Source: Desulfosoma sp. (lineage in GTDB: Bacteria > Desulfobacterota > Syntrophobacteria > Syntrophobacterales > DSM-9756). Taken from it: 64,000 bases of DNA. Below the pieces are notes generated by a model. That model was not told where the DNA came from, did no database searches, and saw nothing but the letters and a program-made list of their open reading frames with translations. Shown piece by piece: positions 10,445-19,672 of this stretch. Within the stretch, counting starts at the first letter, position 1. Every line of letters begins with the position of its first letter. Location of the stretch: NCBI GenBank assembly GCA_037481835.1, contig JBBFKW010000007.1:116247-180246 (forward strand). The letters are read 5' to 3'. A program made the translations under genes and the position numbers.

Positions 10445-11156
10445 ATTGTTCCCGAGAAATGGCGTAAAACCGAACCGCCATGCCCGCCTCTACCAAGAAA
10501 GGCGGATCACGGTTTAAGTCGAAAAGTCTCAAGGGGGTTCTCCCGATGAGTTGCCACCCCCCGGGGCTCTCTATGGGGTAAATGCCGGTCTGCCCCTCCG
10601 CGATGCCCACACTTCCCGCGGGCACCTTGGATCGCGGGACGGCTTTTCGCGGCGTGTGGAGCGCCGGATCCAGACCTCCCAGATAGGGAAACCCCGGGGT
10701 GAACCCAATCATGTACACGTGGTAGACGGGCGCCGTGTGGCGTCGGATGACCTCTTCCTGGGCCAGGCCGTGAAGGGCGGCGACTTCGGCCAAATCCGGT
10801 CCCAGTTCGTCCCCGTAGCACACCGGAATGTCCAGGACTGGACCGCTTTCCTTTAAAGAATCGTCAAGATTGCAGAGGGCGTCTTCCACGGCGGAGATCA
10901 GCCGTTCGAAGGAACAAAGCGTCGGATCGTATTGGAGAAACAGGGATCGATAAGTGGGGTTCAGGGAGAGAATTCCGGGGAGGGCGCACCGCTTCAAAGT
11001 TCGATACAAGGCATGAACGCGCTGGTTGACCGCCGTGTCGATCCCTTCACCCAGCTCCACCGAAAGAGCCATGTCGCCGCAGATCCGAAACCGTGGAAAA
11101 TCCGCCGTTCCGCGGACTGGTGGCCCTGAAAATGGAGGCCGGGTTTCGCCCGCCAT
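10425..11156 (-). CDS. pxpB: 5-oxoprolinase subunit B (KipI/AHS1 family)
   Basis: IPVCYG..GPDL, IGFTPGFPYLGG, VPAGSVGIA, SPGGWQLIGRTP motifs. Confidence 0.93.
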   Translation of the reverse strand: MAGETRPPFSGPPVRGTADFPRFRICGDMALSVELGEGIDTAVNQRVHALYRTLKRCALPGILSLNPTYRSLFLQYDPTLCSFERLISAVEDALCNLDDSLKESGPVLDIPVCYGDELGPDLAEVAALHGLAQEEVIRRHTAPVYHVYMIGFTPGFPYLGGLDPALHTPRKAVPRSKVPAGSVGIAEGQTGIYPIESPGGWQLIGRTPLRLFDLNRDPPFLVEAGMAVRFYAISREQYENLSH

Positions 11157-12089
11157 GGATTGTCGTTCCTTTCTTCTGGGACTGGGGCCCATTCCTGAGA
11201 CGCTTCCGGGTCTACCGGCGGGAATGGCATCGCCCAATGAGACGCTTCATAACGGTCATGGGGCTCAGCCCCCCACCGGCGCATTTATGAAAGAGTCCTC
11301 AGGGCAGGCTCTGGTCTGCGGGAAACCCACCTGCCGGAGATCCGGATCGCGGCCGAGCCTGTTTCCGCAGAGGCCCCAAACCCCTTGGGGTCCATCGGCC
11401 CGCATTCGCGGTTTTCTTTGTCACATTATTTACTTGGAATCCAGTGGAAAAGGCGGCACGGCATGGTCAACGCCACCAGTCCTTTTTGGTCTTGACTTCA
11501 TATGCCTTCTCTGGGATAAGCTTTAAGCGCAATGACCTGCCTTCCTCAATGCCTTATTCAAACGGTTCGTTGATCTCTTCTCTTCGCCTGCGGTAACGCT
11601 TCATGTTCTCCTTCTCCATGGGTTCGGAGTGCGGTTCCTTTTTTCGGCGGGGCGCCAGTTTGTGTTTGCCTGAGAAAGGAGGTGAGAGTCGGACGAAGAA
11701 AAGCCGCGTGCCCCTATGCGGGCACGGGCGGACTGAAGATGGGCATCTATTTGTTCTCATCAAAACCTTTTTATCCTGTTCTGCGGCAATGGATATCCAT
11801 CCGGACGACGGCATGTTCCAGGGGTTCGTGGAAACGGAATTGACAGAGCACATCGGGGATTTCCCGTAAAAGAGTTCATCAGGCCCCTATCCTTCGGAAC
11901 GGCGCACGCATCTCATCCATTCTTCCTCCCCACGGCGCTTCCCGACGATGCATCGGTTGTTTTCGGCGTGGAAACATTTTCGCCAGAGGCTGTTTTCCGC
12001 TCAACGAGCCTTAAGCCGGCGGCACCGGTTGGGGAGAGCCGGCGGAAGGCTGAGCCAAGAATCCCCACGAGAGGGAAGGAGGACGAAAA

Positions 12090-13373
12090 ATGGCGGATAA
12101 AGTTCCAGGAAGAGCGTGGGTGGTCACGTTTGCAGGAACCGCCATCAACCTGTGCCTGGGCATTCTCTATGCGTGGAGTGTGTGGGCGAAGGAGCTCATT
12201 AACGAAAAGATGGCAGGGCAGGTCATGACCGGCCTGAACGAAGGCTGGACGTATCTGACCAACGCCCAGGCGGCCACGCCGTTTTCTCTGTGCGTGATTA
12301 TTTTCGCCCTTCTCATGATTCCCGGCGGCCGCATCCAGGATAAGTACGGTCCCAAGGTCGGCGCGACGACGGGCGGTTTGTTCCTTGCGGCGGGCTGTCT
12401 TTTGGCCGGTTACATGAGAAGCTACACGGGCCTCATTATCGGTTTCGGCGTTTTGGGCGGCATCGGCATGGGCATTGGATACGCCGCGCCCACTCCGGCG
12501 GCCCTCAAATGGTTCGGCCCTCACAAACGCGGTCTGATCGCGGGCCTCGTGGTGGGCGGCTACGGCGGTGCGGCCTTGTACGTATCCCCCCTGGCGGCCT
12601 ACCTCATTAAATCCGGCGGTCTGTCTTACAGTTTCTACTTCTTGGGCATCATGTTTGCCGCGGTGACCATCATCGCCGGTCAGCTCCTCTCCTGGCCTCC
12701 GCCCGGCTACGTCCCGCCGGCCCCTCCGGTGAAAGCGGGTCCCACCCCGAGCATCACCAAGGTGGACTGGGTAGCTTCCGACATGGTCAAGACGTGGCAG
12801 TTCTATGCCCTGGTCTTCATGTTCATCGGCACCACCCAATCGGGTCTTCTCATCATTGCCAATGCGGCCAAGATTCTCGCGGAAGCGGCCAAAGGCAACC
12901 CGTTCTTTGCAGCCAACGCCTGGATTCTCGCGTCCTACGGCGGGCTCGTGAACGCTCTGGGACGGGTCGGCACGGGGCTCTACTCCGACAAGATCGGACG
13001 GGCCAACGCCTATACTTTGAACTGCCTGGTTTCCGCCCTGTGCCTCTTCGCCCTGCCCGCCATCATCGGGTCCAAGAACCTCTTCTTCCTGTTCCTTGCG
13101 GTGGGGATTGCCTACTGGCAGTACGGCGGCGGGCTTGCCCTGATGCCGTCTTTCACGGCGGACTTCTTCGGCCCGAAGAACTTGGGCTTCAACTACGGCT
13201 TGGTGTTCCTTGGCTGGGGTCTCGGGTTCTTCATGGCTCGAATCGGCGGAACCATCAAAGACATCACGGGGAGCTTGAATTGGGCGTTCTATCTCTCCGG
13301 TATCGTCCTTGTGATCGCGGTGATTGTGTGCCGCGCCACCAAGCGACCCATGGCGGTCGGAGAAACGCGGTAA
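12090..13373 (+). CDS. OFA-family (oxalate/formate antiporter-like) MFS transporter, copy 1
   Basis: LGILYAWSV, GGRIQDKYGP, ALKWFGPHKRGL, DFFGPKNLGFNYG; 12 TM. Confidence 0.9.
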   Translation: MADKVPGRAWVVTFAGTAINLCLGILYAWSVWAKELINEKMAGQVMTGLNEGWTYLTNAQAATPFSLCVIIFALLMIPGGRIQDKYGPKVGATTGGLFLAAGCLLAGYMRSYTGLIIGFGVLGGIGMGIGYAAPTPAALKWFGPHKRGLIAGLVVGGYGGAALYVSPLAAYLIKSGGLSYSFYFLGIMFAAVTIIAGQLLSWPPPGYVPPAPPVKAGPTPSITKVDWVASDMVKTWQFYALVFMFIGTTQSGLLIIANAAKILAEAAKGNPFFAANAWILASYGGLVNALGRVGTGLYSDKIGRANAYTLNCLVSALCLFALPAIIGSKNLFFLFLAVGIAYWQYGGGLALMPSFTADFFGPKNLGFNYGLVFLGWGLGFFMARIGGTIKDITGSLNWAFYLSGIVLVIAVIVCRATKRPMAVGETR

Positions 13374-13539
13374 CGGTGCAAGGCCCCGGGGAAAGCCTCC
13401 GAAAGGGTTCCCCTGGGAGGTTTTACAGAACGGGAGTGTTTCCGCTGTTGCCATAGAAAAGCCGCGATGGCATGCTGGAAGGCAGGAAGGGAACTTCCTG
13501 CCTTCCTCTTTGAAGGACATGAGGAGGTTTGACGGGACA

Positions 13540-14193
13540 ATGGATGGGCGCCCGCTTTTTCCCATTCCTTTCGTGCTCCGGCCGGGGGACGTCGCCCTCG
13601 ACGACGGGGTCGCCTTTTGCGTGGCCGTGTTGGTGGCCGTTTTGATCAATGCGGAAGGACAGGCTTTCGTCGCCACCCTGCTTGGAGACAAGCGTCCCGG
13701 TGCCAAGGATCGACTGCATTTCAACGTCTTCCTCCATCTGGATATATTGGGCACTTTGTCTTTTTTGGCCACGGGAATGGGGTGGTCCAAGACCATCGCC
13801 GTGGATGTGACCAAGTTCAGATACCCGAACTTTTATCTCGTGTTGACTCGGGCCGCCGGACCTTTCGCCAATTTCCTCATGGCCAATATCGCCGGCAGTC
13901 TGGCCTGGCTCCTAAAAAGCATGTCCCTCGATCCCCGTGTTTTCCTCATGGTATTGGCCGTCAATGTGACCGTGGCGATCTACAACCTGGTGCCCCTTAT
14001 GCCCATGGCGGCTGGAACTCTGGCCTCCGTGGTGCTCATGCCGAAGGATTCCCGTTTGGATGAGATCTACCGGCAGGCAGGGCCGTACCTCCTTGTGGGG
14101 CTGCTCCTTCTGGACCGCCTCTCCGACGGGGACCTCGTTGGAAAATTCCTTGCGCCCCTTGTGCGCGATCTCTTTACCCTGCTCACCACCTGA
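13540..14193 (+). CDS. M50 / site-2 protease family homologue lacking the Zn-binding residues
   Basis: Family scaffold ATLLGD..DRLHFN..HLDILG..GW..AAGPFANF..NLVP; HExxH reads NAEGQ and NLxPxxPLDG reads NLVPLMPMAA; GAGGAGG RBS before ATG 13540. Confidence 0.78.
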   Translation: MDGRPLFPIPFVLRPGDVALDDGVAFCVAVLVAVLINAEGQAFVATLLGDKRPGAKDRLHFNVFLHLDILGTLSFLATGMGWSKTIAVDVTKFRYPNFYLVLTRAAGPFANFLMANIAGSLAWLLKSMSLDPRVFLMVLAVNVTVAIYNLVPLMPMAAGTLASVVLMPKDSRLDEIYRQAGPYLLVGLLLLDRLSDGDLVGKFLAPLVRDLFTLLTT

Positions 14194-14423
14194 AGCCGCA
14201 GCCCCTTTTTCTCCCGGCCCGGCTTTATGCGGATTCACCGGCTTTGCGCCATCGGCTTAAAAACTCCCGATAAACACATGGCTCTTGCGTCCGATGGGCG
14301 ATGCCGTTATGGTCCATGGCCGTGGGCGCCCGAAGCCTTTTACCTCGAGACGGAATGGGGGAGTGCGCCGAGCGGCGGCGTTACGGACGGGCGCGGTTTT
14401 TCTTTTGGAATCGTGGAGCATCC

Positions 14424-15128
14424 ATGGTCGGCACGGCACTCAATGTCACTACGGTGGTTGTCGGGGGCCTTGTGGGCACCCTGCTGGGGTCCCGCCTTCC
14501 GGAAAAGGTGCAAGTCACCGTAATGAACGGTTTGGGACTGGTCACCACGGTGGTGGGTGTCCAGATGGCTCTGGAGACCCGCAATGTGTTGGTGGTGCTT
14601 GGAGGGATCCTCCTCGGGGGGCTCCTGGGCGAAGCCTTTCACATCCACGAAGGGTTGGAAAAGATCGGCGCGGGGTTACAAAGTTTTTTTAAGGCTTCGG
14701 CCAAATCCACGTTCAGTGAAGGGTTTGTCACGGCAAGTCTCGTCTTTTGCATCGGCCCCATGGCCATCCTGGGCTCCATTCAGGACGGTCTCAGCGGGGA
14801 CTTCAAGCTCTTGGCGGTCAAGTCCACACTGGACGGGTTTGCGGCCGTGGCTTTCTCGGCGACCCTAGGGTGGGGAGTGATCCTTTCGGCCGCCACCGTT
14901 TTCGCCTTTCAGGGGTCTGTGACCCTTTTGGCCTCGGTTTTGGATCGCATGCTGACTCCAGAGATGATCACCGAAATGTCGGCCACCGGTGGGTTGCTCA
15001 TCATGGCCATCGGATTGAAACTCCTTGCCGTGAAAGACGTTCGTGTGGCCAATTTTCTTCCGGCATTAGCCGTCGCGCCGGCAATCGTCTTTCTTCTGCC
15101 GTGGCTTAAGCTCTGGTGGCCGTTCTAG
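14424..15128 (+). CDS. DUF554 family membrane protein
   Basis: MVGTALN, GFVTASLVFCIGPMAILGSIQDGL, KSTLDG, NFLPAL. Confidence 0.88.
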   Translation: MVGTALNVTTVVVGGLVGTLLGSRLPEKVQVTVMNGLGLVTTVVGVQMALETRNVLVVLGGILLGGLLGEAFHIHEGLEKIGAGLQSFFKASAKSTFSEGFVTASLVFCIGPMAILGSIQDGLSGDFKLLAVKSTLDGFAAVAFSATLGWGVILSAATVFAFQGSVTLLASVLDRMLTPEMITEMSATGGLLIMAIGLKLLAVKDVRVANFLPALAVAPAIVFLLPWLKLWWPF

Positions 15129-15167
15129 AACAGCGTGAACCGTGCAGGTTCGACAAGGAGCTGGGAC

Positions 15168-16670
15168 ATGAAAATCTTGGATTTTCCGGATTTCATTCGG
15201 GACCGGGTGGTGCCGCAGGTTTCCGGAACCTACGTCTACCGATGTCTGGGGTGCCAAGGGACGTTCCATGTGGATCGATTGTTGTACACGTGCCCCGAAT
15301 GCCGCAGTGTGCTCATGATCGAGGACCAAGAGTGGGAGCGCCTGAAGCGGACCCCGGGAAGCCTTTGGCGCACCATCTTCGATTACCGGGCCATGATCAA
15401 CGAGCCGGCCTTGAAGGGAATCTACCGTTTTCACGAGTTGCTCGGCTCCATTCTTCCCCTGGACGCGGTGGTTTACCTGGGGGAAGGACACACACCCGTC
15501 GTCCGAGCCAACGATCGGCTGAAAGATCATGTGGGGCGGCCGTTTTTTTTCAAAAACGACGGCCAAAATCCCAGCGCCTCCTTCAAAGATCGCGGCATGG
15601 CAAGCGCCTTCAGCTACCTCCAATATCTCATGAAGACCCGGGGCATGCGCAATGTTCTGGCGGTCTGCGCCTCCACAGGGGATACGTCCGCCGCGGCCGC
15701 CCTCTACGCCTCCTATCTCGTGGATGGGGTGCGCTCGGCGGTCCTTTTGCCTCACGGCAAGGTGACGCCGCAGCAACTGGGGCAACCCTTGGGCAGTGGA
15801 GCCCGGGTCCTTGAAATCCCCGGGGTTTTCGACGATTGCATGAAAATCGTGGAATACCTTTCGGAGCGCTACCCCGTGGCCCTGATGAATTCCAAGAACG
15901 CCTGGCGCATCCTGGGGCAGGAATCCTACAGCTACGAAATTGCCCAGGCCTTCGACTACGACGTGGAGCGCCTCGTGGTCGTGGTGCCCATCGGCAATGC
16001 GGGCAACATCACCGCCGTCATGGCGGGTTTCCTCAAACTTTACGATTTGGGGATCATCCCGGCCCTGCCGAGGATTCTGGGGGTTCAGTCCGAGCATGCC
16101 GATCCCGTGTATCGCTATTATGAAATAGCCGACCCCGCGAAAAGGGTCTTTAAGCCGGTCACGGTGAAACCCAGCGTGGCCCAGGCCGCCATGATCGGCA
16201 ATCCCGTCTCCATGCCCCGCGTGATCCGACTCGTGGAACAATTTCGGGATTGCGCCGGCGGCGATGCGGTCCAGGTGGTGCAGGTGAGTGAGCAGGAGAT
16301 CATGGACGCCATGCTTTTCGCCAACAGGAACGGACACATCGCCTGCACTCAGGGCGGCGAGTGCTTGGCCGGATTCCTCCGGGCCGTTCGGGAAGGCCGT
16401 GTCCCTCACGGTTTTGCGGGCGTCTTGGACGCTACGGCCCATGCCTTGAAATTCGCCGGGTTTCAGGAAAAGTACTTCGAAGATCGGTTCGAGCCGGAAT
16501 TTCAGGTGGTCCCCAAAGAAGAACTGCGCAACCGGCCGGTTCTCGTCAAACCGCCGAAAGGGGTGCCGTGTCCCGAGCCGGGCAGGCCCATGGATCCCGA
16601 GGATTTTCAATCCTTCGTGAAGGCGACCGCCGAGGCCGTGGCCTCGCTTCTCGGTTTGGAACCGGCCTGA
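15168..16670 (+). CDS. thrC: Threonine synthase (PLP)
   Basis: LGEGHTP, NPSASFKDRG PLP lysine, CASTGDTSAA, VPIGNAGN; N-terminal CxxC..CxxC. Confidence 0.92.
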   Translation: MKILDFPDFIRDRVVPQVSGTYVYRCLGCQGTFHVDRLLYTCPECRSVLMIEDQEWERLKRTPGSLWRTIFDYRAMINEPALKGIYRFHELLGSILPLDAVVYLGEGHTPVVRANDRLKDHVGRPFFFKNDGQNPSASFKDRGMASAFSYLQYLMKTRGMRNVLAVCASTGDTSAAAALYASYLVDGVRSAVLLPHGKVTPQQLGQPLGSGARVLEIPGVFDDCMKIVEYLSERYPVALMNSKNAWRILGQESYSYEIAQAFDYDVERLVVVVPIGNAGNITAVMAGFLKLYDLGIIPALPRILGVQSEHADPVYRYYEIADPAKRVFKPVTVKPSVAQAAMIGNPVSMPRVIRLVEQFRDCAGGDAVQVVQVSEQEIMDAMLFANRNGHIACTQGGECLAGFLRAVREGRVPHGFAGVLDATAHALKFAGFQEKYFEDRFEPEFQVVPKEELRNRPVLVKPPKGVPCPEPGRPMDPEDFQSFVKATAEAVASLLGLEPA

Positions 16671-16699
16671 TCACGAAAAAAAGAAAGAAGGAATGCGCC

Positions 16700-17329
16700 A
16701 TGACGTGCGGAGGCAACGAACATTGCCGCACCTCGCCGTCTCGGGGGGTGACGGGGCAGGTGAGCCGAGGTCTTTCCGGCATTCTTCCTTATAAGGGCGT
16801 TTTCCCCAAACTGGGCCGCGATGTGTTCATCGCCCCCGGCGCCTGGGTGATCGGGGATGTGGAAGTCGGCGACGGGACGAGCATTTGGTTCAACACGGTT
16901 GTGCGCGGCGACGTTCACTTCATTCGCATCGGATGCGAAACGAACATTCAAGACAACGTGACCCTCCACGTCACGGGGAAAAAGTTCCCGCTGTTCATCG
17001 GTAACCGCGTGACCGTGGGTCACGGGGCCGTGGTCCACGGCTGCGTCGTGGAGGACGAGTGCCTTATCGGCATGGGAGCCGTCGTGCTGGACGGCGCACG
17101 GATCGGCAAAGGATCCGTTGTGGCGGCCGGCGCCGTGGTGAGTCCAGGGACCGAGGTGCCGCCCGGGAGCGTCGTCATGGGGATTCCCGCCGAAGTAAAA
17201 AAGACGCTCACCGAGGAGGAAAAGGAGAGAATCCGGGAGACGGCCGCCCACTACATGAAATTGGCCCGGCGATACATGGAGGAGGAAAGCCGCTCGGGCG
17301 AGCGGCCCGTCAAGGGGTTTCTAGGCTAA
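16700..17329 (+). CDS. Gamma carbonic anhydrase family (hexapeptide repeat) protein
   Basis: VVRGDVH, TNIQDN..LH, VTVGHGAVVHGC, LIGMGA. Confidence 0.9.
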   Translation: MTCGGNEHCRTSPSRGVTGQVSRGLSGILPYKGVFPKLGRDVFIAPGAWVIGDVEVGDGTSIWFNTVVRGDVHFIRIGCETNIQDNVTLHVTGKKFPLFIGNRVTVGHGAVVHGCVVEDECLIGMGAVVLDGARIGKGSVVAAGAVVSPGTEVPPGSVVMGIPAEVKKTLTEEEKERIRETAAHYMKLARRYMEEESRSGERPVKGFLG

Positions 17330-18155
17330 AGTCCTCGAAAAAGGCTCGTTCTGCCTGTTCAAGGGCGGCGCCGATCAATCGCTCCGCGTCCCTCAGGTCC
17401 GCAAGGGATTGAAAGACGGACCCCAAAGCCAAAAGAATGCGATGATAGGGTGACGGGCCGATTCCCCAGAGATCGTAAGGAATCTGCATTTCCTCGTATT
17501 GATCCCCGATAAAGAGATATTTCCCAAACCAGTCGGTCCCGTTCCTTCGGTAGGGCCAACTCACCTTCCAACGCCAAAAGGGCTGCAGGGCGCTGCGAAC
17601 CGACGGGCGACGGAGCCGCGTTCGGGGGACGGCTTCGCCCAGTCGATCCGAAAGGTGCCGGTAGACGCCTTTGACAAGATCGAGGTCCGTGATGACAAGC
17701 CCGTAAAGGTACCAGTCGTCCACGGTTTCTACGACAAAAGCCTGTTCGTCTTCGGTGAGGGATAGGTAGCTGGGGCAGAAATGCCCGTCGCACAGTTCCC
17801 GGCCGTAAAAGGAACAGTCCCGCCGATCCACCCCCCCGTGAAGCGCCGGGTGGAGAAGGCATCCGACCCGCCGGTGTTCGGCATCCAGGAACCCTACAAA
17901 TTCGCAATTGAAAATGGTTTGGAACCTCTTGGCATGGCCGTTGTCTCGATGCCGCCATCGCTCGGTATGCAAGGCGAATCTTTGTGCAGCGTCTCGGCGG
18001 CCGCTTTGTTCCAAGACGGCGGTGTTGCGAAGGAGCCTTCGGATTACGGCGGTGCGGCCGTTTTCCTTAAAGTTGTAAAGACCGCAACAAGCGGCGCAGG
18101 ATTTTCGAGAGTCCGGCTGGCAGAGGTGGATGGGGAAGCGGGGTCGGGTCGTCAT
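17310..18155 (-). CDS. Cys-rich hypothetical protein, probably metal-binding
   Basis: SCAACCGLYN, CEFVGF, VGCLLHP, CDGHFCPS; directly downstream of 18163-18423. Confidence 0.7.
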   Translation of the reverse strand: MTTRPRFPIHLCQPDSRKSCAACCGLYNFKENGRTAVIRRLLRNTAVLEQSGRRDAAQRFALHTERWRHRDNGHAKRFQTIFNCEFVGFLDAEHRRVGCLLHPALHGGVDRRDCSFYGRELCDGHFCPSYLSLTEDEQAFVVETVDDWYLYGLVITDLDLVKGVYRHLSDRLGEAVPRTRLRRPSVRSALQPFWRWKVSWPYRRNGTDWFGKYLFIGDQYEEMQIPYDLWGIGPSPYHRILLALGSVFQSLADLRDAERLIGAALEQAERAFFEDFSLETP

Positions 18156-18162
18156 GAAGCCC

Positions 18163-18423
18163 TCAGCCCACCCAAACCCATTGTGCCGACGGCTGGACCA
18201 AGAATCGGCTGGGCACGCCGCTTTCCGATTCCATCCGGACGACGCCTCGCGCTGCCAATTCCGCGGCGGCGGCCTGCAGGGCCTCTTGGGATGCGGCCCA
18301 TTGGGAGCGTACGGCCTCCACGGTGGGCTCCCTCCCGTCATCCAGCAGCGCGCAGATGAGGATGTAAAGAGATACGGCGTGGACGCTCACCTTGAGATCG
18401 AACACGGCGCGGTTCATGTGCAT
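18163..18423 (-). CDS. Small hypothetical protein, winged-helix-like
   Basis: SVHAVSLYILIC...ALQAAAAELAARGVV pattern; purine-rich RBS upstream. Confidence 0.6.
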   Translation of the reverse strand: MHMNRAVFDLKVSVHAVSLYILICALLDDGREPTVEAVRSQWAASQEALQAAAAELAARGVVRMESESGVPSRFLVQPSAQWVWVG

Positions 18424-18668
18424 GACGGTCCCCTTTTTTAAGGCGGTTACGAGACCTTTGGCCCTTCATTCAAATCTAAAAACTAGCAGCGGCGATGGGA
18501 GGCGTCAATCGGGCGGAACCGTGCCCATCGGGGGCGAAATTTCCATACCGGCAATCCCGCCCTGCCCTGAAGCTTTGCGTGCAGCCAGACCGTCGTAGAG
18601 TTGCCTTGCCGGGGCACGGCGTGCTAAGAAGGCGGGCAACGGGCGACCCCGCAAGGAAAGGACGCGAC

Positions 18669-19070
18669 ATGGACGAGAAGCATGTGCTGGATCTGGAACG
18701 CTGGAAAACCACCCTGGAACGCGTATGGCGTGAAATTCCGAAACCATTTCGGTCCGACAAGGCCTTGCGCCGTACCCTCCAGTGCGCCCTGTACGCCGGA
18801 CTTTCGGCCGAGGGACGTACGGTCGTGGCTGATTACCTTCCGCCTCGAGCCGATCGGCCTGTGGATCTCATCGTCCTCAATGCCTCCGAACCTTCTATCG
18901 ACTGCGCCGTGTGCTTCGACGACGTCATCACCCTCTATGCCGTCAAAAGCTTGAGTTCCTTCCAAGCGGCCGCCAAGGTGATTTTTACGACGGGACCTCT
19001 CAAGAAAAAAGTGGACGAAAGCCGCTTCTTCCTCAAGCCGGACATTCAACACGTCCACCTGGAACTGTAA
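18669..19070 (+). CDS. Hypothetical protein
   Basis: AAAGGA RBS before ATG (MDEKHVLD); globular alpha/beta composition. Confidence 0.65.
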   Translation: MDEKHVLDLERWKTTLERVWREIPKPFRSDKALRRTLQCALYAGLSAEGRTVVADYLPPRADRPVDLIVLNASEPSIDCAVCFDDVITLYAVKSLSSFQAAAKVIFTTGPLKKKVDESRFFLKPDIQHVHLEL

Positions 19071-19119
19071 AGGAAAAGACCCGCCTACCCGCCCGTTCCG
19101 CATCTGAGTCCCAAAGGCC

Positions 19120-19137
19120 TTGTGCATTTGTTAACAA
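19120..19137. promoter_or_regulatory. Candidate Rex operator
   Basis: TTGTGCA-TTTG-TTAACAA versus consensus TTGTGAA-N4-TTCACAA (two mismatches), in AT-rich intergenic DNA. Confidence 0.5.
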
Positions 19138-19672
19138 TTCAAAAACAATCAATTTTTTCTTGACCGGGTCCTTCCGGTTATGGAAATAAAAATTAAAAGA
19201 ACGTTCGGGGAATACTTTCGAGGGAAAGGGGGTATGCGGCATTGACAAGGAAAGGAGGTGAAAGGCAAGGCGTTGTTTTCTTGAGGCAGGGTTTCATCGT
19301 GTTTTCTTCCGAGTTAGGCGTTGCTGTGGAGACGAGCTGACGCTGAAAGTCCTTCCCGAACCGGGATGCGAGCCCGTTTTCTTGGGGGTTGTCCCTCGGT
19401 CTGAGATTCCTCACGGCTTTCCACGTCCTGACATGCCATTTTCTTGTCATCGATATTTGGTTCCTTTTCTCGGATGCCTTCTTGTTCTTTCCGTGCTGTA
19501 AGGGCTTTGGCCCTTTTCAAAGGGCGGGTGTCACGTTCCCTCTCAAACGGTTTGTAAGAAAAGGCAGGATTTTTCTGTCATTGGGGGAGTCAAGAGCGAG
19601 CCTGTGCGTTCTTGTCTCCATGAGAGATGGTGGGCGAGAGGTTTTCCGGTCCAACGACACGGAGGGTCCAAG

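Noticed and set aside
11554..11869. Small ORFs on both strands upstream of the first OFA transporter
   Set aside because: No recognisable motifs or convincing RBS-start pairing
19340..19410. CGCTGAA...TTTTCTTGGGGG, superficially like the c-di-AMP (ydaO) riboswitch
   Set aside because: The conserved 3' core (CCCG.CAGCTAAC) is absent
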